A stretch of DNA of 64,000 bases from Chloroflexota bacterium (GCA_005883615.1 VBEC01000014.1:48497-112496), one strand, 5' to 3'. Counted from the stretch's first letter, positions 28,753 through 37,858 are shown. A program made the numbers and translations. Notes: generated from the letters alone by a model not told the origin.

Positions 28753-30678
28753 TCAGAGCGGCTCGAGGAGTAGAGGGCGGACGCGGCCCCACGCGTTCCA
28801 CAGGTCGATCAGCGCGTCCGCGCGACGTCCCAGGAGGGACAGGAGCTCTCCCAGGGTCAAGCCCTCCGCGGCGTCCACGAGGTATTCGAAGGCCGCCACA
28901 TTGACGTCCCTGAAGAGCTCCGGCATGTCGGTTTCCGAAGGCCAATGGCGAACGCGCATCGGGTCGAGGCCGGCATAACCCGTCGCCAGCGAGAGATCGC
29001 GCTGGGCCGGCACGCGATCGTCCACAAATTCGCCCAGCCCGTCGTAGCGGAATCCGAGCGACGCCAGTGCAGTCGTGATCTCGCGGCACTGCTCCCGCGT
29101 AAACGCACCCCAGAATGGATGGTCGGTCGGGAAGTCGAGCGACGATGCCTCGATGGCGCGGGCCACGATGCCGTCGACCAGGTCAGTCAAGGCCCTGCGC
29201 CAGCGGCGGATCTCATCTGGGTTGTCGCTTGAGAGCTCGTCGACGACAGCGCCCAGGACGACTCGATCCCCGGCGAGCAAGTGGGCGATCGCCGGCTGCC
29301 TCTCGCCGCGGGCGGCAGCCGCAAGGCCGTCCGATTCCTCGGCCGCTGCCGTTGACCCGTTGGTGCCTACGGCGAGGCCGGCTTCCCCCGGCCGTGAACC
29401 CGCGCTCGCTGGAACTGCCCCGGACGGGACGCTCGTGCGACGTTCGGCGGGTCCCCGCGATGGCTGGGGCGGCATGCGCGGAGCACGCTTTCGGTCCTGC
29501 TCGGCCTCTTCGCAGGCGGCCAGCGCCTCACGCGCGGCTACGCACGTCTCGGCGGCGGACTCGGCCCCAATCCGCGCTGCGTCCGCTTCGAGGGCCAGCC
29601 GCTCGAGCGTCGCGACCATCCCGTTTGCCGCGTCGCGTTCGACCTGGAATGCGCTGGTTGCCTCACGGGCGGAGAGATTGATGCGGTTGATTTCCAGGAG
29701 CCAATCGCGAGCCGCCGCCTCAACCCCCTCCTGTGAGCCGGCTCCGTCCCGAGCGGCACGAAATGCGTGCTGGGCGGCCTCCTTGGCCGTCCGCAGGGAT
29801 CGCGGGTCCATCGTCGCGGCCGCCCTGTCGGCGCGGGCCAGATGGTCGTCGAAATCTCGCTGGGCCTGCCGGACGCCTCTTGCCCCAGCTTCCGCCTGCT
29901 CGCGCAGCCGGGCCGCCAGCGCGCAGCGTTCGTCGACGGCACGTCGCCGGTCGGAGCACGGTCCGGCGCGGTCGCCGTTGCCCTGGTCGCCGGCCGCGCT
30001 GGCAAGCGTTTCTCCGCCGGACGAAGCGGCGCTCTCGGGGGCAGCGGCTCCGCGGGCGCCAAGTCCCCGCCCTCCCGCGCTCGTCTGCTGCTCGCGGCCA
30101 CCTCCGCGCATCGCCAGGGCGACCGGCACCACGGCCGCCGCCGCCCCGACTCGAGCGAGTGCCGCCAACAATGGATCTGTACCACCGGCGATGGGGAAGC
30201 CGATCAACGGTCCACCTTCCAACGCCAGCGTCGAGCGCACGACGGAAAAGGCGCGAGGCTGCAGGCCCGCAGGCCCCTCCCATGGGCCACCGTCAGCCTG
30301 GTGCCGGGGAACAGGCGTTCGAATCGAATCGTCGGGGGGCCGGCGGGATGTCGCGATGGCCAATCGGGATTGCGGTGTCGGCAGATCTGCGGGACCGCCA
30401 CGGGCGCCCTCGCCGTCGGCACGCTGCGGACCCGTGGACGCCAGGGTCGCCGACTGTCGCCGGGGAACGCTGTCGGGAGTCACCGTGAGGCGAATCTCCC
30501 GTGGCGTGGTCGGCCGGGCGCGAAGGATGACCAGCAGGGCCGCCCCAGCGGGAACGCCCAAGATGAGTCCGAACGCAAGGAACGCGAACTCGCTCCCGCT
30601 CAATCCCGGTCCTCCTGCCGGCTCCGCCGGATCGGCCTGGTCCGTCGGCAGCGTAGCTGCCAGCAGCTGCCAGGTCAA
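28753..30678 (-). CDS. Hypothetical large membrane-anchored coiled-coil protein
   Basis: TTG start. One N-terminal TM helix (FAFLAFGLILGVPAGAALLVIL), a long Ala/Arg/Glu coiled-coil-like middle and a conserved-looking C-terminal domain. The opposite strand carries only an Ala/Ser/Arg-rich frame, typical of antisense to a GC-rich gene. Confidence 0.5.
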   Translation of the reverse strand: MTWQLLAATLPTDQADPAEPAGGPGLSGSEFAFLAFGLILGVPAGAALLVILRARPTTPREIRLTVTPDSVPRRQSATLASTGPQRADGEGARGGPADLPTPQSRLAIATSRRPPDDSIRTPVPRHQADGGPWEGPAGLQPRAFSVVRSTLALEGGPLIGFPIAGGTDPLLAALARVGAAAAVVPVALAMRGGGREQQTSAGGRGLGARGAAAPESAASSGGETLASAAGDQGNGDRAGPCSDRRRAVDERCALAARLREQAEAGARGVRQAQRDFDDHLARADRAAATMDPRSLRTAKEAAQHAFRAARDGAGSQEGVEAAARDWLLEINRINLSAREATSAFQVERDAANGMVATLERLALEADAARIGAESAAETCVAAREALAACEEAEQDRKRAPRMPPQPSRGPAERRTSVPSGAVPASAGSRPGEAGLAVGTNGSTAAAEESDGLAAAARGERQPAIAHLLAGDRVVLGAVVDELSSDNPDEIRRWRRALTDLVDGIVARAIEASSLDFPTDHPFWGAFTREQCREITTALASLGFRYDGLGEFVDDRVPAQRDLSLATGYAGLDPMRVRHWPSETDMPELFRDVNVAAFEYLVDAAEGLTLGELLSLLGRRADALIDLWNAWGRVRPLLLEPL

Positions 30679-30766
30679 ATCGAATCGGAGCGACGGAGCA
30701 CGACTCGCCCATCGATTCGAGCCGCCCGGCCGGGACCGCTCGCCTTTTGCAGGCGTTCCGATCCGG

Positions 30767-32686
30767 ATGGTAGATTCGACGTGTCGGCCGCGCCGATCCT
30801 CCCCAATTCCTGCCCGTCAGACGACCCCAGAGAGGCTCGACCCGCTCGTGGCGCTCGACCCCTACCAGGAATTCCTCGTCCAGCCCGTCGACGCGTCCTG
30901 GCTCCAGTGCAACATTGAGTGCCAGGAAGCCTGCCCGGTCGGCACCAATTGCCGGGGCTACCTCAACCTCGCCGCCGAGGGCCGCTTCGAGGAGGGCTAC
31001 ATCCTCTCGCGCGAGCCCAACCCCGTGGCGGCGATGTGCTCCTACGTCTGCTCGGCTCCGTGCGAGCGCGCCTGCCGGCGGGGTGACATCGACCGGCCCC
31101 TGGCCATCCGCGCGATGAAGCGCTTCCTCGTGGAATGGCACGAGGCGTCCGGAATCCCCGACGTGATGCCCCAGATCACCCCACGCGAGGAGCGTGTCGC
31201 CGTCGTCGGTGCAGGACCAGCCGGTCTGTCGGTCGCTCGCGAGCTGGCCATGAAGGGCATACGAGTCACGGTTTTCGACAGCCTGCCCTACGGCGGTGGC
31301 ACGATGCTGATCGGGGTGCCCGCGTTCCGTCTCCCGCGGGAGGCGATCGAGATGGACGTCCGCCTGATCGAGCGCCTCGGCGTGACTTTCGTCTACAACA
31401 CGACGATCGGCGTGGACATCACCTTCGATCAGCTCCAGCGCGACTTCGATGCGGTCGCGATCACGGCGGGCGCGATGAACCCGGTCATCCTCGACGTCCC
31501 CGGCCACGAGCTCGACGGGGTGCAGTACGGCGTCGACTTCATGAAGATCGCCAACCTCGGCGAGCAGCTCACCGTGGGCAACGACGTGGTCGTGATCGGC
31601 GGTGGCTACACGGCCATGGACTGCTCGCGCACGAGCCTCCGTCACGGTGCGGAAAACGTCGCGATCGTCTACCGGCGCACGCGCTCGGAACTCGTCGTCG
31701 ACGAAGAGGAGCTTGGCGAGACCGAGCGCGAGGGCGTTCGGATGGAGTTCCTGGCCAGCCCGGTCGAGGTGCTCGGGGAGGACGGTCACGTCACGGGCGT
31801 CAGGTTCATCCGCAACAAGCTGGGCGAGCCAGATGCATCGGGCCGCCGCTCACCGATCCCCATCCCCGGCTCGGAGTTCATGATCAAGGCCGACAGCGTG
31901 ATCCCCGCTGTGTCCCAGGCGGCGGATCTGACGTTCCTGCCCGTCGAGGCGAATTTCGAGATCGGCCGCGGTCGCGTGCGCGTCGACCCGGCGACCTACG
32001 CGAGCAACGTGCGGGGTGTGTTCGCATGCGGCGACTTCGTGACCGGTCCGACCACCCTCATCGAGGCTGCCGGCCATGGCAAGAAGTGCGCCTATGCAAT
32101 CGATCGCTACCTTGCCGCACAGGGCGACGTGACAGTGGACGCGAACGTCAAGATCACCAGCTCGTGGCGCCATGACATGCCCGAGATGTACGACGTCCTG
32201 CCTCGCCAGCACATCCCCATGGCCCCGCTCGCCGCGCGCATGGCCTCGACAGACCCCGAGGTGAACTTCACGACACCCGTCGAGCTCGGCTACGACGCCA
32301 CTCAGGCCGTCGCCGAGTCGACCCGCTGTCTCATGTGCAACTTCAACATCTGGTTCGACCCCTTCCGCTGCGTGTTGTGCGGCGCGTGCGCCGACGTCTG
32401 TCCCGAAGGCGTCATCCATATGGTCGACGTCAACCAGCTCAAGACCGAGGGCCTGCTGCCCGAAATCGAGGAGGCGTACGGCTGGGAAAACGGGGCGGCC
32501 ATGATCCTCGACGAGGAGCGCTGCATCCGCTGCGCGTTGTGCGTCAAGCGTTGCCCGTTCGACGCCATTACGATGGAGCGGTTCGAGCTGCAGGAGGTCT
32601 CGACTGACGGCCGGCTCTACAAGGAGTCGTACCGTGATGCGCAACTCGCCGGCACGCCCGGCGTGGCAGGAGGAGCCGTTCGGTGA
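30767..32686 (+). CDS. GltD-like FAD/NAD(P)H-dependent oxidoreductase fused to a C-terminal 2x[4Fe-4S] ferredoxin domain
   Basis: N-terminal Cys cluster (CNIECQEACPVGTNC ... CSYVCSAPCERAC). FAD GxGxxG VAVVGAGPAGL and NAD(P) GxGxxA VVVIGGGYTAMD. C-terminal CLMCN ... CVLCGACADVCP and CIRCALCVKRCP. Start uncertain (ATG 30767 or GTG 30848). Its stop overlaps the GTG start of cytochrome b6 (GTGA). Confidence 0.75.
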   Translation: MVDSTCRPRRSSPIPARQTTPERLDPLVALDPYQEFLVQPVDASWLQCNIECQEACPVGTNCRGYLNLAAEGRFEEGYILSREPNPVAAMCSYVCSAPCERACRRGDIDRPLAIRAMKRFLVEWHEASGIPDVMPQITPREERVAVVGAGPAGLSVARELAMKGIRVTVFDSLPYGGGTMLIGVPAFRLPREAIEMDVRLIERLGVTFVYNTTIGVDITFDQLQRDFDAVAITAGAMNPVILDVPGHELDGVQYGVDFMKIANLGEQLTVGNDVVVIGGGYTAMDCSRTSLRHGAENVAIVYRRTRSELVVDEEELGETEREGVRMEFLASPVEVLGEDGHVTGVRFIRNKLGEPDASGRRSPIPIPGSEFMIKADSVIPAVSQAADLTFLPVEANFEIGRGRVRVDPATYASNVRGVFACGDFVTGPTTLIEAAGHGKKCAYAIDRYLAAQGDVTVDANVKITSSWRHDMPEMYDVLPRQHIPMAPLAARMASTDPEVNFTTPVELGYDATQAVAESTRCLMCNFNIWFDPFRCVLCGACADVCPEGVIHMVDVNQLKTEGLLPEIEEAYGWENGAAMILDEERCIRCALCVKRCPFDAITMERFELQEVSTDGRLYKESYRDAQLAGTPGVAGGAVR

Positions 32687-33411
32687 GTTTCCTCGAGCGG
32701 GTGGACAACGCCATCCGCCGAAGCTCCGCTTGGCGCTCGCTGTTCCGTCAGCCGTACCCCTCGGACGAGCGTTCCCGGGCGTATGCGGTGATGAACAACG
32801 TCTTCCTGCATATCCATCCCGTCCGGGTGCGGCAGCACGCGGTGAAATTCGCCTACACCTTCTGCCTCGGCGGGCTGTCGTTCTTCCTGTTCCTGGTGCT
32901 GACGGTGACCGGCGTCTACCTGATGTTCTTCTACATCCCGTCGACGACCCAGGCGTACAGCAACATCCTGGACATCCAGGCACATCAGCCCTTCGGCCTG
33001 CTCACGCGAAACGTCCATCGTTGGGCCGCGCACCTGATGGTGTTCTTCGTCTTCCTGCACATGATGCGTGTCTTCTACCACGGTGCCTACAAGCCGCCAC
33101 GCGAGTTCAACTGGGTCGTTGGGATCATCCTTCTCTTCACGACCATCTTGCTGAGCTTCACGGGCTACCTGCTGCCGTGGGACCAGATCGCCTACTGGGC
33201 GATCACCATCGGCACGAACTTCGCCACCTACGTGCCTGTCTTCAACACCCCGACCCAGATCCTGTTGCTCGGTGGCCTGGAGGTTGGCCAGAACACGCTC
33301 CTGCGGTTCTACGTGCTCCACATCATGGTCCTGCCCCTGGTCGCGGCGATCTTCCTGGCGGTCCACTTCTGGCGAATTAGAAAGGACGGGGGCATTAGCG
33401 GACCGCTATGA
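32683..33411 (+). CDS. petB: Cytochrome b6 (b6f-type, N-terminal haem-binding half of cytochrome b)
   Basis: Four TM helices with conserved His pairs (HIHPV, HRWAAHLMVFFVFLHMMRV, HIMVLP). 242 aa, the typical split-b length. Confidence 0.9.
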   Translation: MSFLERVDNAIRRSSAWRSLFRQPYPSDERSRAYAVMNNVFLHIHPVRVRQHAVKFAYTFCLGGLSFFLFLVLTVTGVYLMFFYIPSTTQAYSNILDIQAHQPFGLLTRNVHRWAAHLMVFFVFLHMMRVFYHGAYKPPREFNWVVGIILLFTTILLSFTGYLLPWDQIAYWAITIGTNFATYVPVFNTPTQILLLGGLEVGQNTLLRFYVLHIMVLPLVAAIFLAVHFWRIRKDGGISGPL

Positions 33412-33545
33412 CAGCCATCTGCCGCGTTGCCGCCGCCGCTCCTTACTCATGCAAACCTCGGGCCGATGGCTTCGCGGAGCTCAGCCTCGGACCTCGGTGG
33501 GCGAACGCCAGCTCGCCATTGAGGGTGCTTACTCGTGATTGATCG

Positions 33546-34148
33546 ATGACTGATACCAAGAAGCCGTCCGAGCGGCGCGTCGTGCTGCCCGTCGATCCGT
33601 CGCGGCGAACGGAGATCGACAAGCAGCGCGTGCCGATGTCGGCGCGGCCGTACCGGCTCCTGGCGCTGGTCAAGCAGGACGCCGTCGTCCGCGTCCAGAA
33701 AGAGCCGGACGACACCGTGATGACCTGGCCGCATCTCCTGTCGATCGAGTTTCTGGCCGCCGGCATGATGAGCATCTTCGTGCTGCTCTTGGGGCTGTTC
33801 GTCAACGCGCCCCTGGAAGCGCTGGCAAACGGCAACTTGACACCGGCGGTGGCCAAGGCACCGTGGTACTTCCTCGGCCTCCAGGAGCTCCTGGCGTACG
33901 TCCACCCAACCGTTGCGGGCGTTTTGACGCCCACGTTTGTATTCGTTGGCGGAATCCTGCTCCCCTACGTCGACCGCGAAAATATCGATGAGCATCGGCC
34001 GTCGAATCGCAAGACTGCGGTCATGCTCTTCACCCTGCTGCTCGGCATGGGCCTGGTCGTCACGTTCGTTGGCATCTTCTTCCGGGGCGCGGGGTACACC
34101 TTCGTGCTCCCGTACATCGACTCACCCGGCCTCCATTTCAACCTCTGA
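33546..34148 (+). CDS. petD: Cytochrome b6f complex subunit IV (cytochrome b C-terminal half)
   Basis: PEWY-like region (APWYFLGLQELLAYVHP) and 3 TM helices. Confidence 0.85.
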   Translation: MTDTKKPSERRVVLPVDPSRRTEIDKQRVPMSARPYRLLALVKQDAVVRVQKEPDDTVMTWPHLLSIEFLAAGMMSIFVLLLGLFVNAPLEALANGNLTPAVAKAPWYFLGLQELLAYVHPTVAGVLTPTFVFVGGILLPYVDRENIDEHRPSNRKTAVMLFTLLLGMGLVVTFVGIFFRGAGYTFVLPYIDSPGLHFNL

Positions 34149-34181
34149 CCGCAGTCCAACGGTCTCCCCGGAAGTTTCCTG

Positions 34182-34856
34182 ATGAGCAACTATCAAGTCG
34201 AGCCGGTCGACCAACCGAAGGCCCTGACGCGCGAAGCCATCAAGGCACTGCGCAACGAGCAGGTCCAGGGCCTGTCAAGACGTCAGATGCTGCGCCGGTC
34301 AGTGGGCGGCGCGGTCCTCCTGTGGCTCGGGGAGGTCAGCCTTGGTACGGTCGGCTTCCTGTGGCCGAACCTGAGCGGTGGATTCGGAGCGAAGGTCAAG
34401 ATCGGCACCTACAACGACATCAAGCTGGCCAACAGCAACCTGCCTATCAATGAGGGATTTCCGGCCTACTACCCGGAGGCGCGGGCATTCGTCATCCTGA
34501 TCGACCCCGCCCGCCAGGAGTTCATCCCCGGGACCGACACGACCGGCGACGGCCACCCGCTCAACGTGCGCGGCCTGTACCAGCGTTGCCCGCACCTGGG
34601 TTGCCGGCCGAACCCGTGCCTCAAGAACTTCTGGTTCGAGTGCCCCTGCCACGGGTCCCGCTACGACCGGCTCGGCATCAAGGCAGATGGTGCGCGCTTT
34701 GGCCCGGCGCCCCGGAGCATGGACCGATTCTCAGCCACGGTCGACAGCGGGGGCGTGCTGACGCTCGACACCGGCAAGATCACGAAGGGGCCACTGCCGG
34801 TCGCGCTCGGTCAGCCAGGATTGATCCCGCCCAAGTCTCCGACCGGGTGCATTTAG
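34182..34856 (+). CDS. petC: Rieske [2Fe-2S] iron-sulfur subunit
   Basis: Tat signal (SRRQMLRR) and Rieske boxes CPHLGC ... CPCHGS. Confidence 0.9.
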   Translation: MSNYQVEPVDQPKALTREAIKALRNEQVQGLSRRQMLRRSVGGAVLLWLGEVSLGTVGFLWPNLSGGFGAKVKIGTYNDIKLANSNLPINEGFPAYYPEARAFVILIDPARQEFIPGTDTTGDGHPLNVRGLYQRCPHLGCRPNPCLKNFWFECPCHGSRYDRLGIKADGARFGPAPRSMDRFSATVDSGGVLTLDTGKITKGPLPVALGQPGLIPPKSPTGCI

Positions 34857-34890
34857 TGCAGCGGACGGCCGACGTCACCCGAGGATCGGC

Positions 34891-35961
34891 ATGACCGACG
34901 AGTCCGGAGGCGGACCGGAGCAGCGTCTGCCCGTGCCCCGGCCGGAAGCGGTCCCGGCGCCGGCAGAGCGTTTCAGCGCGCCACCCTCGGCTCACGCATT
35001 CGAGCTGACACCGGAGCGGGCGGCGGGCATCGTCCGCCAGTCGGCCAGCGCTCGATCGGTCGGGCTCCTCGCCGTGCTCGTCGTGTCGCTCTTCGTGGCT
35101 ATTTACTACTTCTACGACCTCGGCGTTCCCGGCATCTCCGGCACCGCGCGTCTGGCCGCCGAGGCCAGCGCCCAGCAGGTGACAGCGGTCGAGAATGGCC
35201 ACAACATCTTCGAGGCCAACTGCGCGCGCTGCCACGGAGCCAATGGCGAAGGCGGGATCGGCCCGGTCCTCCACGATCAGACCAAGCTCTTCCAGCACCT
35301 GAACGCGACCTACATCGCGGCCGTCCTGCGCGAGGGGGGCCGGCTCGTGTGTGGCAATGCCAAGAGCCTGATGCCGGTCTGGTCGAATGAAGGCAACCCA
35401 CCGGGGCCACTCAACTACATCGAGATCCAGGACCTGATCGCATTCATTCGAGCCCCGCAGACGCAGACCTTCCTGGTTCGGGACCCGACCACCAATGAAC
35501 CCGTCAAGGACGCCACCGGCAAGGACGAAACCTTCAACGGCTGGCTGGATCCGAACTACAAGCCGGCCGCGGATGCCACCCCGTTCCCGGACTGCTGGCA
35601 GGATGCCTTCAAGAGCAGCAGTTCACCGTCCGCTTCGGGATCTCCGTCAGCCTCGGCCACGGCTGCAGCGTCGTCCGGGGGGACCACCCTCAAGGAGACC
35701 GCCCAAGGCGTGGCTTTCCAGCAGACAGAGCTGACCGCGCCGGCCGGCCAGGGCTTCGTGATCCAGTTCACCAACAACGATGCCGGGACGTCGCACAACA
35801 TCGAGATCAAGAGCCCCGATGGGTCGGACGCGTTCAAGGGCGAGATCTTCGCGGGCCCCGGCGAGCGGACCTACAACGTGCCGCCCCTCGCGGCCGGGAC
35901 ATACCCGTTCATGTGCACCGTGCATCCGACCACGATGACCGGCACCCTCACGGTCAAGTGA
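34891..35961 (+). CDS. Membrane-anchored monoheme cytochrome c fused to a C-terminal type-1 copper cupredoxin domain
   Basis: N-terminal TM, CxxCH (CARCHGANGEGG), Ala/Ser linker, then cupredoxin ligands H (SHNIEI), C and H (FMCTVHP) and M (TTMTG). Confidence 0.8.
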   Translation: MTDESGGGPEQRLPVPRPEAVPAPAERFSAPPSAHAFELTPERAAGIVRQSASARSVGLLAVLVVSLFVAIYYFYDLGVPGISGTARLAAEASAQQVTAVENGHNIFEANCARCHGANGEGGIGPVLHDQTKLFQHLNATYIAAVLREGGRLVCGNAKSLMPVWSNEGNPPGPLNYIEIQDLIAFIRAPQTQTFLVRDPTTNEPVKDATGKDETFNGWLDPNYKPAADATPFPDCWQDAFKSSSSPSASGSPSASATAAASSGGTTLKETAQGVAFQQTELTAPAGQGFVIQFTNNDAGTSHNIEIKSPDGSDAFKGEIFAGPGERTYNVPPLAAGTYPFMCTVHPTTMTGTLTVK

Positions 35962-36007
35962 GCACACGTCCGGCGCGCGGACGCGTTTGGCGACAGGTGG
36001 GAGGACG

Positions 36008-37477
36008 ATGACGGAGGCGCTCGGTCCGGGACACAGGCAGCGGGGTCGACCGGTCTTCGGCCTGCTCGACGCCGACGGCTGGGGCTGGGCATTCCTCAAA
36101 GCCTTCTTCTGGTTCATCGTGATCCTGTTCCTTCTGGGCTATCTACCCGACCGCGCGTACTACTTCACGGTCAATCCCACCATCGACCTCGGGATCAACG
36201 CCGTTTCGCCGGTGAACTTCTGCCCGCCCGAGAACGCTGGCCTCCCCTGTCCCGCCCCGCCCGGAGGGGTCCTGCCGTGGCAGTCCTCCCCGGCCCAGCT
36301 GAAGCTGCCCGAGGCACGCCGCGACGGAGCGGCGGTGCAGGTCGGCACCAACCTGCTGTACATCGGCGGCAGCGACGGCAAGGCCCCCAGCGCGAAGGTC
36401 TACGTGACGGACCTGTTCGGCGACGGCAACTATGCGCCGTGGCGCGCGGGGCCGGACCTGCCCGAACCGCGCACCAAGGCCGCCGCCGTCTTCTTCAGCG
36501 GCTCGATCTTCGTCGCCGGCGGCGACGACGCGTCGGGCAAGCCGACCACCACCATGTGGATCCTGACGCCAGACGCCCAGACCGGCAGCCTCGGAACCTG
36601 GAAGCCCGCCGCCGACACGACCGGCAAGAACGACCCGAAACTCGACCTGAAGCTGCTGGAGGCCCGCGACGGAGCCTCGCTGGCGGCGGCGGCGGACGGA
36701 TTGTTCCTGGTCGGCGGTCGTAACGCCTCGGGCCCCGTCAATACGGTCTGGAAGTCGACCATCGACACGAAAGGTGTCCTCCACGCCTGGCAGCCAACCA
36801 CCGCGGGAACCATGCCCGGCACTCGCGCGGACGGCCTGGCCTTCCTTAACGGGAACTTCCTGTACGTGTACGGCGGCGTGGACGGCGGCTCTCCCACCAC
36901 CGCGGTCTGGGTTGCCCAGGTCGGCAAGGACAAGGACGGCGCGAGCCAGCTGACCGCGTGGGCCAGCAACATCCAGTCCTTGCCGGCGGCGCGCACGAAC
37001 GCCTCGGGTTTCGTGGCCAACCAGGCTATCTACCTGGTCGGCGGCTCGGACGGCAGCAAGGCACATACCGAGCTCTACTGGGCGATCCCGAGCAGCAACG
37101 GGGCGATCACGGAGTGGAAGCATCTATCGAACTCCGATCTGCCCGCCGGCGGTCTCCTCGGGTCGGCGGCCGCGGTCAGCGGCAGTCACGCCTTCCTGAT
37201 CGGGGGCCAGTCGGGGAACGGCCTGACCGGCTCGACGCTGCGCACGAACCTGGCACCAAAGCCGCCCTTCTTCCAGCTCGGCCTCGTGGGTGCGACGGTG
37301 CCCGGGCTCAAGATCGAGGGCGACATCGGGCCGCAGCTGGGGCTCCTCGCGGCCGCCGGCGTGGGCACGGGCAACTTCGTCATCCTGCTGCTGATCGCCT
37401 ACCTGTTCGCACACAAGGCACAGGTTCGGGCGTGGTTCTACCGAATGCGAGAGCGTCGCCGCGCGCGAGAAACCTGA
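36008..37477 (+). CDS. Kelch-repeat (beta-propeller) membrane protein
   Basis: GGAGG RBS before the ATG at 36008. N-terminal TM, 5-6 Kelch-like repeats (LYIGGSDG, IFVAGGDD, LFLVGGRN, LYVYGGVDG, IYLVGGSDG, AFLIGGQSG) and a C-terminal TM. Located 47 nt after the cyt c-cupredoxin gene. Confidence 0.7.
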   Translation: MTEALGPGHRQRGRPVFGLLDADGWGWAFLKAFFWFIVILFLLGYLPDRAYYFTVNPTIDLGINAVSPVNFCPPENAGLPCPAPPGGVLPWQSSPAQLKLPEARRDGAAVQVGTNLLYIGGSDGKAPSAKVYVTDLFGDGNYAPWRAGPDLPEPRTKAAAVFFSGSIFVAGGDDASGKPTTTMWILTPDAQTGSLGTWKPAADTTGKNDPKLDLKLLEARDGASLAAAADGLFLVGGRNASGPVNTVWKSTIDTKGVLHAWQPTTAGTMPGTRADGLAFLNGNFLYVYGGVDGGSPTTAVWVAQVGKDKDGASQLTAWASNIQSLPAARTNASGFVANQAIYLVGGSDGSKAHTELYWAIPSSNGAITEWKHLSNSDLPAGGLLGSAAAVSGSHAFLIGGQSGNGLTGSTLRTNLAPKPPFFQLGLVGATVPGLKIEGDIGPQLGLLAAAGVGTGNFVILLLIAYLFAHKAQVRAWFYRMRERRRARET

Positions 37478-37480
37478 CGG

Positions 37481-37858
37481 TTAGCGGGCGGGGAGCTTGC
37501 CCTCGTCCGGAGCCGGTTGCCCATGCCGAACGGGCAGGCCCGCCTTCTGCCAGGCGATGATGCCGCCGACGACATTGACGGCGTCGTAGCCGCTTCGCAC
37601 AAGGTGCCCGGTCGCGGCCAGGGAGCGACTGCCCGCCGCGCACATGACGAGCAACGGCCGGTCCCGTGGCAGCTCGGCGAAGCGTTCCGCGAATTCGGAC
37701 ATCGGCAGCAGGACCGCGTCAGGCACACGCACGTCTTCGAATTCGTCACGCTCGCGCACGTCGAGGAGTAGCGGCCCCCGGCCTTGCGTGCCGGCGGCGC
37801 GACGGGCATCGGCTTCGATGACGCCGATGGACGGTAGCGGCGCGGCTGCCGGGTTCAT
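37481..37858 (-). CDS. Rhodanese-domain sulfurtransferase
   Basis: LLLDVRERDEF ... CAAGSRS active-site Cys loop. ATGA overlap with the upstream DUF309 gene. Confidence 0.8.
   Translation of the reverse strand: MNPAAAPLPSIGVIEADARRAAGTQGRGPLLLDVRERDEFEDVRVPDAVLLPMSEFAERFAELPRDRPLLVMCAAGSRSLAATGHLVRSGYDAVNVVGGIIAWQKAGLPVRHGQPAPDEGKLPAR

Noticed and set aside
29075-30700. N-terminal ~540 codons of the 1203-aa plus-strand track ORF
   Set aside because: Extremely Ser/Ala/Arg/Pro-rich with no motifs. It is the mirror of the better-behaved minus-strand gene 28753..30678. The genuine plus-strand gene (GltD-like) begins only at about 30767-30848.
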